Origin: an uncultured Planctomycetota bacterium | Lineage (GTDB): Bacteria > Planctomycetota > Planctomycetia > Gemmatales > Gemmataceae | Direction: 5' to 3' | Assembly: GCA_963849325.1 (NCBI GenBank) | Contig: CAWKHF010000002.1 | Coordinates: forward strand, 800,001 to 864,000 | DNA length: 64,000 nucleotides | Part shown: one piece after another, positions 50,855 through 61,909 of the stretch | How the letters are laid out: the number at the start of each line of letters is the position of its first letter | Position numbering within the stretch: position 1 is the stretch's first letter | The notes under the pieces: generated by a model | What the model was told of the DNA's origin: nothing | The model's database searches: none | The model's input: the letters and a program-made list of their open reading frames with translations, nothing else | Program-made: the position numbers and the translations under genes

Positions 50855-52484
50855 TCATTCGCCCTTGGCGCGTACCTGACGGTTCATCAGCTTCGTCAGC
50901 GCCTCCAGGGCGGCGTTTCGCTGCGGGTCCGTGAGAGGATCATCCAGCGGCAGACGTTCCGTCGAGGAGCCGGGCCGGAGCGTTTGCTGTTCCCACCAGG
51001 TATGCAAGGCGCGACTGAGGTCGGCGGAGACGCGGAACTCGCGTCCGGGATCGGACCGGACGCCCCAGTCGCCGCTCGGTTTGCTGTCGGGGAAACGGTG
51101 CAAGTTCTGGCCGCCGGGACGAACGATGGTCCCACTCGTCACCTTCAAGCCGATGGAGCCGGGACTGGTGATCGTTTGCACGTTGCCCTTGCCGCGCGTC
51201 CGCTGGCCGACCAGCACGGCCCGGCGATGGTCCTGCAACGCCGCCGCGATCAGTTCGGCGCCGCCGGACGATTCGGCGTTGATGAGCACCACGATCGGGA
51301 AATCCAGGAACTTGTCCTCGTTGGTGCTGCGGAAGATGTCCTCCGGCCGGCTGCGATACTTCACGGTGGCGATGGTCCCCTCGCCCAGAAACAGCTCAGC
51401 GGTCTTTATCGATCCGGTAAGGGCGCCTCCCGGACACCAGCGCAAGTCGAGGATCAGCCCGCGCAGACCGTCCTGCCGCAGAGTGCCGAGGACCTCGCGC
51501 AGCTCATCGGCAGTGCCATCGACGAGGTTGCCGAGCCGGATGTGAGCGACCTTCCCCCGAGCATCGAGCCAGTAGTTCCAGGCGTTGCCGTCGTCCCGCG
51601 CCACGCCGAAGATGCTCTCCGGCCGGAAGCGCTGCCAGTCCAGCGTCGCGCTCCGTTCATCCCGAACACCGGGCCGGCGGAACGATACGGTGATCGGCTC
51701 CGGCGAGGCCAGGATGCCGAGGGCGGGTTTCACCAGCGGCGTGCGGCCGTTGAGTACGTCCAGCATTTCCTTCATCTTCCGCTCTCGGCCGTCCGAATCG
51801 CGGACGCGCGTGATCTCGTCGCCCGGTCGCAGGCCGGCACGCTGCGCCGGACTGCCCGGCAGGACGTCCTTGACGACGATGCGCCCGGCGTCGCTGTCGG
51901 GGACTTCCAGCCCGAAGCCGTCGCGCTCCGCGACGAGGCTGGTGGTCCGGCGCTCCTCTCCTGAGGTTACGACACCGGAGTAAGGGTCGAGCGCGCGCAG
52001 CATGGCCTGGCAGCAGAGACGCAAGGGATCTTCCCCTTCCAGGTTCGCGTTCGCTCCAATCTCGGCGCGGATGGTGCGGACCAGCTCGATCAGCGGCCGG
52101 TCGTCGAAGAGGACGCCACGGCGCGGCGCCAGGGCTGGAACGAGCGGAGCGGCCGGGTTGGCGTTCGGCCCGACCGGAGACAGGGCCGCGGCATCCTTCT
52201 CGGCCTGATCGATGCGGCGGCGCAGATCGTGCGGTAGCGGCCGGCGGCGCGCGTTCATACAACGCCGCCAGGGCGGACTGGAGCAGATCGTTGCGCGACA
52301 CGGGGCGGACGTAGATCTCGGCGACGAGGTTGACGGCCGCGACCAGGTTGTGAGCGAACGCCTCGGCGCCTTCGGTCGTGTGGGCGGGCGAGGGAGGTGG
52401 GGCCGGCGGAGGCGAGGGGGCCGGGGCAGCGCCGGCGAAGACGGCGACCAGCAGCGGCAGCGAGAAGGTCAAGCAAACGCGCAT
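50855..52484 (-). CDS. S41 C-terminal processing peptidase with PDZ, frameshift near 52260
   Basis: LDPYS, PDZ GSPAQRAGL, LILDLRWCPGG, SSGGAELIAAALQD, GQRTRGKG. Confidence 0.9.
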
Positions 52485-52586
52485 GCAAAAGCCCTCCCTG
52501 GACGGCGAACGCACTTCCGGCGCGATACTCTAGAATAAGTCCACGGCCGACAGAAGGCCAACCGTCCGACGATTGCAAGGAGGACC

Positions 52587-53207
52587 ATGCCAACTCGCGT
52601 ACTGTTGCTGCGTCACGCCGAAACCGCCAACCCCCTGATTTTCCACGGCGCCGAGTCGGACGTCGGCCTGAGCGCGCGCGGCCGGCGCCAGGCCGAGGCC
52701 GTCGCGCCGATCCTGGCCGCGGAAGCCCCGGACGTGGTCGTCTCCTCGGCGATGCGGCGCGCCCGTGACACGGCGGCGCCGATCGCGCGAGCCTGCGGTG
52801 TGCCTTTGCGGATCGAGCCGGAACTGCACGAGCGGCGCGTCGGTGCGCTGAGTGGCACGCCGACCCAGCGGAGCGAGGGCGTGTGGCCGGACACGCTGCG
52901 GCGCTGGCTGGCCGGCGACACGGCATTCGCTCCCCCGGAGGCCGAATCGTTTGACGACATCCGGCGGCGCGTCTTGCCGATCTGGGAGCGTCTGACGATG
53001 GAGGTTGAGGGACAGACTCTCGTCCTGGTGACGCATGGCGTCGTCTGCAAGGTGCTGTTATGCACCCTGCTGCCGGGGTACTCGGTCGGCGACTGGCATC
53101 GCATCGGCCCGATTCACAACGTCGCCATCACGGAATGGCTTCTTGAAGGGCAGACGTGGCGAACTTTGCGGCTGAACGAACTGCCGGCGGAGGTGGCACA
53201 CGTGTAA
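52587..53207 (+). CDS. histidine phosphatase (phosphoglycerate mutase family)
   Basis: LLRHAET, SSAMRRARDT, VTHG; AGGAGG RBS. Confidence 0.9.
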   Translation: MPTRVLLLRHAETANPLIFHGAESDVGLSARGRRQAEAVAPILAAEAPDVVVSSAMRRARDTAAPIARACGVPLRIEPELHERRVGALSGTPTQRSEGVWPDTLRRWLAGDTAFAPPEAESFDDIRRRVLPIWERLTMEVEGQTLVLVTHGVVCKVLLCTLLPGYSVGDWHRIGPIHNVAITEWLLEGQTWRTLRLNELPAEVAHV

Positions 53208-53213
53208 CCGGCG

Positions 53214-53324
53214 CTAACCAAATGCACTTTTGAACCACGGATAACACGGATAAAGAAAACCAGAACGTATCTATAACGCTTTTTTTTATCCGTGTTATCC
53301 GTGGTTCAAAGTGCATTTTGGTAG
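53214..53324. repeat. AT-rich long inverted repeat / MITE-like element
   Basis: ACCAAATGCACTTTTGAACCACGGATAACACGGATAAA ... TTTATCCGTGTTATCCGTGGTTCAAAGTGCATTTTGGT. Confidence 0.85.
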
Positions 53325-53344
53325 TGGCCCGAAGCCACTGCCGA

Positions 53345-53912
53345 TCAGATTTGCCACATCCATTCTTCAGTCGTTTGCGGTTTGAGGAGTCGTACTCCCT
53401 GGAGTCGCCAGCCGTGCTCCGGGTCGAAGTCGAACGTCGCGTCGCATTCGGCCAGGAATCCGTCAATGCCCGGCTGGCCGTGTACCTTGACCTGGAAGGA
53501 CGCTCGCGCCCGCCCTTCTGCCCGCGAGGGCGGGTCCGGACAAACGATGTCCCACACGTCCATGTGGTCCACTTGTTTTTGTCCAATGTATTTCCTGGCC
53601 TCTCCGCGAAGCTCTTCCTTCGTTCTTCCTCCGCGTGAGTGGAACCTATCCGAGATGTGCTGGAAGGCGCCATCGATATCGCCGGCGTTGAGGGCGGCGA
53701 TCATGGCGTGGACCTTGCGCACGATCTGCTCGCGGTCGGTTTCGATCGCCACGTCGAGGACCGCGTACAGACCCGCCAGGACCAGGACAGCGGCCACGCC
53801 CATCAGGCAAAGGCGCTCTGCGCGTCTGCCACCAGGCGACGAGCAGGAAACCGGCCAGCGCGGCAAGGACGACGTAGACGCTGGTGCGGCCTTCGAAGAG
53901 CCAGTCGAACAC
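53345..53912 (-). CDS. membrane-anchored NTF2/SnoaL-like hypothetical protein, frameshift near 53820
   Basis: Two N-terminal TM segments, then ETDREQI..ALNAGDIDGAFQHISDRF. Confidence 0.65.
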
Positions 53913-53932
53913 TCAGCCCCCTGTGGGCAACA

Positions 53933-53960
53933 AACAGGGGGCTGACGCCCCCCGCTCGCC
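53933..53960. repeat. short REP-like hairpin
   Basis: AACAGGGGGCTGACGCCCCCCGCTCGCC, intergenic. Confidence 0.45.
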
Positions 53961-53975
53961 GCATCCTGAAACGAC

Positions 53976-55821
53976 TCAATGGTTCAGGATAAATTCATTG
54001 CTGTTGAGCAAGGCCCAGAACAAGTCCTCATAACGGCGCGATGGATCCTTGAAATCGTTGATGGTGAGACGATTGTCGCGGAGGCGGAACTGCTTCACGA
54101 TCGCGCTGGTCTCTCGGTTCGTCGGCAGCCGATTGAGGGCGGTCAGATACAGTTCCTCGATGGCGAATCGCTCCGTGCGGTTGCGGATGGCGATGGCGAC
54201 CGCGCCTTTTTCCTTGCGCGCGATGGCGTCGTTGATGTCCTTGCCGTTCATCATCAACAGCGCCTGCACGACGGTGCCGTTGAAGTTGACCTCGTTGCCC
54301 TCGTCGTCGCCGAAGTTGCTGATGAGGCGTGCCCAGCCACTGCTGCCTTGAGGTTCTTCTTGCCGTCCTTGGACTCGGCGGCCTCGGCCTTGGTGGCCAC
54401 CATCAGCGACTCGAACAGCTGTTCGGGACTCATCGACTTCATAATCATGCGGCTGAACAGCGCCTCCTGCTCCGGCTTGTCGTTGGTCTTGTTGGCCACG
54501 CAGCTGAGGTTGTAGGCGTTGCTGTTGCAGATCCAGCGGATCAGCTTCTTGAAGTCGTAGTTGTAGTGCTTGAAGCGAGCGGCCAGCTCGTCGAGCAGTT
54601 CGGGGTTGGACGGCTGGTTCTGGTCGTTGAAGTCGTCGATCGGATTGACGAAGCCGCGGCCGAAGAAGACGCCCCACATGCGGTTGACGATGGCCTTGGG
54701 GAACTGCGGATGGTCGATGACGAAGTCGGCCAGTTTCTCGCGTCGCTGCAAGCCGGTCATGTCGGCGGGCAGACGGCCGCCGTGTTTCTCCTCGCCGGCG
54801 GGCAGGAACTCGGCCTTGGCCGTGAGGATGACGCCGTTGCGCTTCTCGAAGAAGACGATGGCGTCCTTGACCGACGTTCGTCGTTGTCGCGGAGCGTCAG
54901 CTTGCCGTAGGCCATCATCCGGCCCACCTGCGGCGGCTGGCCGTCGCGGTTGACCTGGCGGAGGAAGGCGTTGACGCCCCAGAAGTGCTCCTGCTTGATG
55001 TTGCTGTAGAAGGGGTGATCGTGGCACTGGGCGCACTGCACCTGCGTGCCCAGGAAAAGCCGCGTGATGCGCGAGGTGATCGGCACCATCTGGAACTGGC
55101 CTTCCTCGGCGCGATGGGCCGGCGGCACGTTCTCGCCGACGTGGGCGAGGATGAAGTTGGTGGCCGCCCCGCCGTTCTCGGTGTCGTTGTTCTCGCCCGT
55201 GGCGGCGATCAGGCTCTTGACCATCTCGTTGTACGGCTTGTTCTGGCTGAACTGGTCTTCGAGCCAGATGGCCAGGTATTCGTGATACGGCCCGCGGCCG
55301 AACACGCCGGCGCGGCTGAGCAGCCAGTTCGACCACATGTTGGCCCAGTGGCGCGGGTACTCATCGCTGTCGAGCAGTCGGTTGATGAGCTTGGAGCGGC
55401 GCGTGTCCTTGGAGTCCTTAAGGTACGCGCGGATCTCCTCCGGCTTGGCGATGCGGCCGATGATGTCCAGCGAAGCGCGGCGGATGAACTCGAAGTCGTC
55501 GGTATAGCGCGACGGGGCGATCTTGTTCTCCTTCCACTTCTCCTCGCTCATTTTGTTGATGGTCGAGACCATCTCGGTCAGCTGAGACATCTCTTGCGGG
55601 TCGTTGCCCTTGACAACGAAGGTGAGCTTGGGCGCTTCGGGCCACTTCAGCGGCGCCTCCTCCTTGGCCTTCGTCTCCTTGCCTTTGTCGTCCTTGGGCG
55701 GAGCGGCCGACGTGACGTCGGACAGGCTCACCACGGCGAGCGCGCCACCCAGCACGAACAAGCCCACCAGAAGCGACCGGAGCCGACCCGGCCGCCAACC
55801 TCGCATGGATGCGCGGAGCAT
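53976..55821 (-). CDS. DUF1549/DUF1553 protein, frameshifts near 54880 and 54340
   Basis: FIRRASLDIIGRI, CAQCHDHPF, VNRMWGVFFGRGFV, PSNPELLDEL, WALLNSNEFILNH*. Confidence 0.9.
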
Positions 55822-56048
55822 CGTTGACCCCCTTCAGGCCGATTTGTCCTTCGGAACCCACTCAGCCGTTCACGAACTGAATTCTCTCACGTCCGCGGAA
55901 GCGCGTCAATCATCCAACTGCTCAGAAAAAACCGTCCCTTGCGCTCCGGGCTGATCGTTTGGACGGAAAAAGACCCCTCTTAGTTCCCAAAGTCGCATGG
56001 CGGCGTCAAAATGAAGAGAGGAACGCTTGGCCCACCGGGAGGGAGACG

Positions 56049-56405
56049 ATGCGTCTGGATCTGGAGCGTGTGCGCGAAAACGTACGGCAAGCCGCCACCG
56101 AGGATCTGCTGGACCGGGCGACGGTTTATCGAGAGGGGATGGAGGTGGAAGCGCTCGACGTCATCGAGCGGGAGTTGCGCGATCGCGGCGTGACGCCGGA
56201 GGCGATCGCCGAGCACGAGCGGAAGCGGCGTGAAGGGGCGCTCTTGGATGCGCAGGGAATGACTCGGAAGTGTCACCAGTGCCTGCGTCCGGCCGTGGGA
56301 GAGAGCTGGGGCTGGCATTACTTGTGGGGTCTGGTGCCGCTCTTCCGCCGCCGCTTCGCCTGGTGCGAAGAACACCGACCGGGCGAACGCTCCGTCCGAG
56401 CCTGA
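56049..56405 (+). CDS. hypothetical protein with Cys/His motifs
   Basis: MRLDLERVRENVRQAATEDLLDRATVYR...CHQC...CEEH; GGAG RBS. Confidence 0.7.
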   Translation: MRLDLERVRENVRQAATEDLLDRATVYREGMEVEALDVIERELRDRGVTPEAIAEHERKRREGALLDAQGMTRKCHQCLRPAVGESWGWHYLWGLVPLFRRRFAWCEEHRPGERSVRA

Positions 56406-56449
56406 AGCGTAAGCGAACGGCACCCTTCGCTTACGCTTCAGGCTCGGAC
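56394..56449. repeat. REP palindrome family A, copy 3
   Basis: GTCCGAGCCTGAAGCGTAAGCGAA / TTCGCTTACGCTTCAGGCTCGGAC. Confidence 0.9.
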
Positions 56450-56676
56450 AGCAACCGATCCACGTCGGCCTGAACGATCTGGCGCGACGGTTTGTCGAGC
56501 GTGGCGCTGATCCAGCTCATCACGGACGGCGTGAAGGGCAGCTTGCCCTTCTGGATGATTTCGAGCATGCGCTTGTGGCGACGGATGCGTTCTTTCATTT
56601 TCAACATGCCGTTGGTGCGCCGCGATTCGGCCATGTCGTAACGCCGCTGCTCCCGGCGGATACGTCGTGCTCCCAT
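56431..56676 (-). CDS. small basic hypothetical protein
   Basis: AGGAG RBS, 81 aa, Arg/Lys-rich N-half, GC3-biased codons. Confidence 0.7.
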   Translation of the reverse strand: MGARRIRREQRRYDMAESRRTNGMLKMKERIRRHKRMLEIIQKGKLPFTPSVMSWISATLDKPSRQIVQADVDRLLSEPEA

Positions 56677-56938
56677 GGGAAAGCTCCTGACTGGTCCTCA
56701 AGGCCCGATCGTAAAAAGACAACATAGCGAGGACGGCAGCCGTCGGAAAGACCGCTTCCGTCCCGATCCGCATCGTTCTCTCCGGCACGACCGCTGTGCT
56801 CGGCACTTCCGCCGAAGGTTTTCTTCCTGACCCCCTCTCGCCGCCCGACCCCGACTCTCTTTCGCTGGCACAATTGATTCGCGGCGGAGAGCTTTCCCCG
56901 CTTTCCCTTCCTTGATGCGGCACCTCGGGGGCAGTGAC

Positions 56939-57794
56939 ATGGGCCGGCGGCGCAACCTGAACGGTTTACGGATCGTCATCACGGGCGCCTCGCAGGGCAT
57001 CGGCAAGGCGCTGGTGGAGACGGCGGCGCGGCGCGGCGCGCGTGCTGGCCGCGGCGCGATCCGACACCCTGCTGACCGAGTTGTCCCAGAAGGTCCGGGC
57101 GTCCGGCGGCATCATCGAGACCGTTCACGCCGACATCACGCGGCGCGAGGACCGCGAGGCGTTGGCCGGCGCCGCCCTGCGCCACTTCGGCGGCATTGAC
57201 GTCCTCGTCAACAATGCCGGCATCGGCGCCACCGGCCATTTCGCCGAGGTTAGCCCCGAACGACTGCGGGCGATCATGGAAGTCAATTTCTTCGCCCTGG
57301 TCGAAACGACGCGGCAGTTTCTGCCGCTACTACGTCTGGGACAGACGCCGGCCCTGATCAACATCTCCTCGATCGCCGGCAAGCGCGGCATCCCCGCGCG
57401 TAGCGAATACTCGGCCAGCAAGTTCGCCGTACAGGGCTTCAGCGAAGCGCTGCGCACCGAACTGGCCAAGGACGGCATCGACGTGCTGGTGGTCTGTCCC
57501 GGATTGACGCAAACGAATTTCTCGCGGAACATGCTCGAACAGAAGGCCGCCCTGCAGCTCGATCATCTCCGCGGCATGACGGCCGAGGCGGTCGCCGAGG
57601 CGACGCTGCGGACGCTGGAGCGCGGCCGCAACGAGGTCTGCCTGTCATTGAGCGGCCGGCTCATCGTCCTGGTCAATCGCCTGTTCCCGCGTTTGGCCGA
57701 CCGTATCGCACGCCGCAAGGTTTACCATTTGTTCCGCCACGAGATCGAGTCCGGAGGGCCGCAATTGCCGGCACCGACGACGGCGAAAGTGTAA
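56939..57794 (+). CDS. SDR family oxidoreductase, frameshift near 57040
   Basis: ITGASQGIG, DVLVNNAG, YSASK. Confidence 0.9.
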
Positions 57795-57859
57795 CGATTC
57801 GTCGCTTGCGTCTTCGCGCTCTCCGGCGCGAGCGCTCGTCTTTTCCCGCTGCGGCCCCG

Positions 57860-58708
57860 TTACTCGACCCGATTTTCAAGACAGCCAATATCCGTTATTT
57901 CGATGGCGATGTCGTCGCCGTGCTCCAGCGTGAAGTGATCCGGCGGTACGATGCCGGTGCCGGTCAGCAGGATGACGCCGTCGGGGAAACGATTGTCGCG
58001 TCCCAGCCAGGCGACGAGGTCTTCGAGCGAGCGTTTCATCGCCGACAGGCTCGTCGAGCCATCGAACGCCACGCCGCCGCCGCGGCGGATCGTCAGACGA
58101 ATGGTGACTTGCTCCGGCGGAGGTAGGCCGCCGACGAGCGTGATGACCGGGCCGAGAGCGCAGGCGCCGTCGTAGACCTTCGCCTGCGGCAAATACAGGG
58201 GGTTCTCGCCCTCGATGTCGCGCGAACTCATGTCGTTGCCGATGGTGTAGCCGACGATCTTCATCCGCGGCGACACGACGAGGGCCAGCTCCGGCTCCGG
58301 CACGTTCCAGCGGCTGTCCTGTCGGATGCGCACCGCCGCGCCCGGTGCGACGACGCGGCGCGGCGTCGCCTTGAAGAACAACTCGGGGCGCTCGGCGTTG
58401 TAGACCAGATCGTAGAAGCGAGCCGCTCCGGCCGACTCACGCTCGCGCGCCTCGCGGCTGCGCTTGTAGGTGACTCCCGCCGCCCACACTTCCTGCTCGT
58501 CCAGCGGCGCCAGCAGCTGGACGCTATCGAGCGGCACCCCGGACGCGCTCGCGTCGAGATGCGACGCGATCCGCGTCGCCGGATCGTCGGCGTGCAGGAA
58601 ATCGCTGAGAGTGTTCGGCCCGCCGCGGCGCAGGAAACGCACTTGCCCGTCGCTGACGACGCCGATCTCGACCTCTCCGCTCGCCCGCCGCACCTTGCAC
58701 AACTGCAT
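57860..58708 (-). CDS. fumarylacetoacetate hydrolase family protein (2-keto-3-deoxy-pentonate dehydratase-like)
   Basis: QEVWAAGVTY, RPELFFK, WNVPEPEL, GNDMSSRDIEGENPLYLPQAK. Confidence 0.9.
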   Translation of the reverse strand: MQLCKVRRASGEVEIGVVSDGQVRFLRRGGPNTLSDFLHADDPATRIASHLDASASGVPLDSVQLLAPLDEQEVWAAGVTYKRSREARERESAGAARFYDLVYNAERPELFFKATPRRVVAPGAAVRIRQDSRWNVPEPELALVVSPRMKIVGYTIGNDMSSRDIEGENPLYLPQAKVYDGACALGPVITLVGGLPPPEQVTIRLTIRRGGGVAFDGSTSLSAMKRSLEDLVAWLGRDNRFPDGVILLTGTGIVPPDHFTLEHGDDIAIEITDIGCLENRVE

Positions 58709-58739
58709 GACTGTCCCTCCGCTTCGCTGCTTGGTGACG

Positions 58740-59907
58740 CTATTGCCCGTCTTCAAGCCATCGATTCTCGCGTAGCGCTGTCACCATCTGCCGCGTCCTT
58801 TCGACGTCTCCCCGGGCGAGAAGGTGTTGCGCTTCCGCGATCCCCCGGTATAATCGCGGCGTGAACGGCACCGCCGCCCCGCGCAGAGGAGGATCGGGGA
58901 CCAGCCGATGCACAAGCGTTGCACAAAGGTCCGCCAGTCCCTCGCCCGTCTGCGCCGAGATACGAACCGCGTCCTCCGCCCCCTTCAGATCCCACGCTGG
59001 GGTCAAATCGATCTTATTGATGACCGGCTGGATCGTACCGAGGTCCGCGTCCGGCCAAACCGGGGGTGCGGACGCATCGAGTACCCACAGACACAGGTCG
59101 GCGCTCGCGGCCGTCGCCCTGGCCCGACGGATGCCCTGTTCCTCCAGCGCCTCCGCCTCCGTCCGCATTCCCGCCGTGTCCGCTAACTCGATCAACCAGC
59201 CGTCCAGCGCCAGGCGCGTCGTCACCACGTCGCGCGTCGTCCCCGGTGTCGGCGCCACCACGCTCCGCTGATAGCCGGTCAGGGCGTTGACGAGGCTGCT
59301 CTTGCCGACGTTCGGAGCGCCCAGCACCGCCACGCGCCACGGCCGCGTCAGTCGTTGACCTACTTCCACATAGCGGCTTAATTGCATCAAACCCTGCTGG
59401 GCCACCGCCGCATCGCCTTGAGCCAGCGCGGCCTGGATCGCCTCGAAGCTCCGCGCCAGCGCCCCCTGCTGCTGATCCAGCAAGATGCTAGCCGTGCGAA
59501 CCGTCACCGCCTGCGTCAAGGCGATCGCCGCCTCGGTACACAGAGCGTCCCCACTCGTCTTCCGCAGAAAATCTTCCCAACTACATATCTGCAAGCCTTG
59601 CGCGCGGAACAGGTCGAGCAGGAAGCGCACCGACCTCGCGGCCGCCGTGCCCATGTACTTCCAGCCACGGCAGCGGCTCGCGCTGCTTCACCGCCACGAC
59701 AACCTCATCCGCGACCTCGCCGCCGAGACGGCCCAACCAGAAGCGTCCGGCGACCGGGACGTCGGGCAGGACACCGCCGGAGCGGAGGCGGAAGGCCGTC
59801 CGCAACGCCTCCCAGGCGCGCGGACCATACAAACCCAGCGTCGCCAGCGCTGCCTGGCCCGGCGACGATAGACAGGCGATCCAGGTCGGCGTTTCCGGCG
59901 CGGTCAC
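58740..59907 (-). CDS. MnmE/TrmE-like GTPase (short form), frameshift near 59645
   Basis: N-terminal SSPGQAALA..DEVV..EVHGHGG; GAPNVGKSS, PGTTRD, DTAG, NKID. Confidence 0.85.
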
Positions 59908-60650
59908 GGCAATGCCTCCGCACTCAGACGGATGCCTTCGAGCGTCATGGTCGGCCACAGAGAGGCGTCGGGCAGAATCGCCTGCAACATGGGCGCATCG
60001 CCGCCGGTGAGGAACACCTGCGGCGACACCTTGGTCCTCGTCTTGTACTGTTCGATCAGGGCGCGCACGCCGCCCGCCACCGCCCAGAAAATGCCGGCTT
60101 CCATCGCGGCGATCGTGGACGCTCCCGGCAGCGGCGGCGTCGCGCGGGGCGGGTTGATCTGCGGCAGCAAGGCGGTATGGTCGTGCAGGGCCGCCGCCAT
60201 CAGACGCAGACCGGGGAGGATGGCGCCGCCGGCGAACGCTCCCGTCTCGTCCACCCAATCGACGGTGACGGCCGATCCCGCATCGATCGCGATGGCCGGC
60301 GTGTCCATCGGACGCCGACTGTTGGCCGCCACGGCATCGAGCAGGCGGTCGATGCCGACGTGGTCGGGCTTCTCCAGCCGCACCCACAGCGGTAACGAGG
60401 CCGCACCCGTCAGCACGCGAACGCGATCACCGCGCCGTCGCGCGTACCGCTCGAATTCAGCTCGCCACTCCGGATGGACGCCGGTCACGACCCACACCAG
60501 CGGTGATGGCAACTGCCACTGCCGGGCCTGCTCCTGCCAGGCGTCCCACGAGTCCGCAGAGAGAGTGCAAGCGTCGGTGACGCGGCCGTCCAAACAGCGG
60601 CCCCATTTGATGGCCGTGTTGCCGACATCGACGACGACGTCCGGCGTCAT
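59904..60650 (-). CDS. coaX: type III pantothenate kinase
   Basis: VDVGNT, VGIDR, IDAGSAVTVD, GGAILPG, LTGGDA. Confidence 0.9.
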   Translation of the reverse strand: MTPDVVVDVGNTAIKWGRCLDGRVTDACTLSADSWDAWQEQARQWQLPSPLVWVVTGVHPEWRAEFERYARRRGDRVRVLTGAASLPLWVRLEKPDHVGIDRLLDAVAANSRRPMDTPAIAIDAGSAVTVDWVDETGAFAGGAILPGLRLMAAALHDHTALLPQINPPRATPPLPGASTIAAMEAGIFWAVAGGVRALIEQYKTRTKVSPQVFLTGGDAPMLQAILPDASLWPTMTLEGIRLSAEALP

Positions 60651-61660
60651 GCGCTCACCTCGACCCGCGCGACCTGCAGCTGTTCGACCACGGCTCGCAC
60701 CAACTCCGACAATCCCTGTCCCGTCACCGCCGACAGGGCCAGGACCGGCCGGCCCAGTTCCTCCTCCAGCCGTCGCCGTACTTCGGCGCTGTCGGTCAGT
60801 TCGGCCTTGCTCACGGCCACGATTTCCGGTTTGTCCGCCAGCGCATGGCCGTGCAGCTCCAGTTCGCGGCGGATGGTCCGATAGTTGCGCAGTGGATCGC
60901 TGCCGTCGCTGGGCAGCGGCTCGACGAGATGCACGAGGACGCGCGTCCGCTCGACGTGCCGCAAAAACTCGTGTCCCAGCCCGATGCCGCTGTGCGCTCC
61001 CTCGATGAGGCCCGGCAGGTCGGCGAGGACGAACGCCCGTTCGCCGCCGATGGTCACCAGTCCGAGATTGGGGTGCTTGGTCGTGAACGGATAATCGGCG
61101 ATCTCCGGATGCGCCTGGGACAGTCGGCTGAGCAGTGTGGACTTACCCGCGTTGGGCAGGCCGACGAGGCCGGCGTCGGCGATGACTTTCAGCTCCAGCA
61201 CGATCCAGCGTTCCTCGCCCGGCGTGCCCGGTTGCGTCTGGCGCGGCGCCCGGTTGGTCGCCGTGGCGAAGGCCTTGTTGCCGCGCCCGCCACGTCCTCC
61301 CTTGGCCGCCGTCACCTGTTCGCCCCCCTCCGTAAGATCGCGCAGCAGGTGGCCGCGATCCCGGTCGTAAACCAGCGTCCCCGGCGGCACCGGGATGACC
61401 ATCTCGGGGGCACGTCGGCCGTGGCAGTTGTCCGGCCCGCCGCGTCCGCCGGACTGGGCGCGCCAGTGCTTGCGATTGACGATTTCGGCGAGACTGTCGG
61501 TGCCGGCCACGGCGCGGACGATGACGTCGCCGCCGTCGCCGCCGTCGCCGCCGTCCGGCCCCCCCTTGGGCACGTACTTCTCGCGCCGAAAGCTGCGGCA
61601 CCCCGCGCCTCCGTCGCCACCCTTCACGAACAACGATACGCGATCGACAAACATGGCCAT
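60647..61660 (-). CDS. obgE: GTPase Obg/CgtA
   Basis: MFVD..GGDGG..FRREKYVPKGGPDGGDGG, GLPNAGKST, YPFTT, DLPGLIEGA, FLRHVER. Confidence 0.95.
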   Translation of the reverse strand: MAMFVDRVSLFVKGGDGGAGCRSFRREKYVPKGGPDGGDGGDGGDVIVRAVAGTDSLAEIVNRKHWRAQSGGRGGPDNCHGRRAPEMVIPVPPGTLVYDRDRGHLLRDLTEGGEQVTAAKGGRGGRGNKAFATATNRAPRQTQPGTPGEERWIVLELKVIADAGLVGLPNAGKSTLLSRLSQAHPEIADYPFTTKHPNLGLVTIGGERAFVLADLPGLIEGAHSGIGLGHEFLRHVERTRVLVHLVEPLPSDGSDPLRNYRTIRRELELHGHALADKPEIVAVSKAELTDSAEVRRRLEEELGRPVLALSAVTGQGLSELVRAVVEQLQVARVEVSA

Positions 61661-61820
61661 CCGCTTCGGAATAGACAATCTTCATCCGACACGTTCCCTC
61701 TATGATACATACCCGGCTTCGGACGACGAAAGAAACGACGGCATCGCGGCCATTCTTTTCGGCACAATTCCTTCAAGTTGCCCATCCTCTTCGTCCGATG
61801 CAATGGAAAGGAAAGGCCTC

Positions 61821-61877
61821 TCGGAGCCCGCAGCGCCAGCGAGGGTTGATTTTCCTCGCTGACGCTGCGGGCTCCGA
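61821..61877. repeat. REP palindrome, divergent family A variant
   Basis: TCGGAGCCCGCAGCGCCAGCGAGG / CCTCGCTGACGCTGCGGGCTCCGA (1 mismatch). Confidence 0.8.
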
Positions 61878-61909
61878 CATCCGACGGGAATCTCCTGGAG
61901 GAGCTACCC

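Noticed and set aside
56431-56676. PVC-superphylum signature small basic protein
   Set aside because: Small and basic, but lacks the RNVLKR.ER-type motif I associate with that protein
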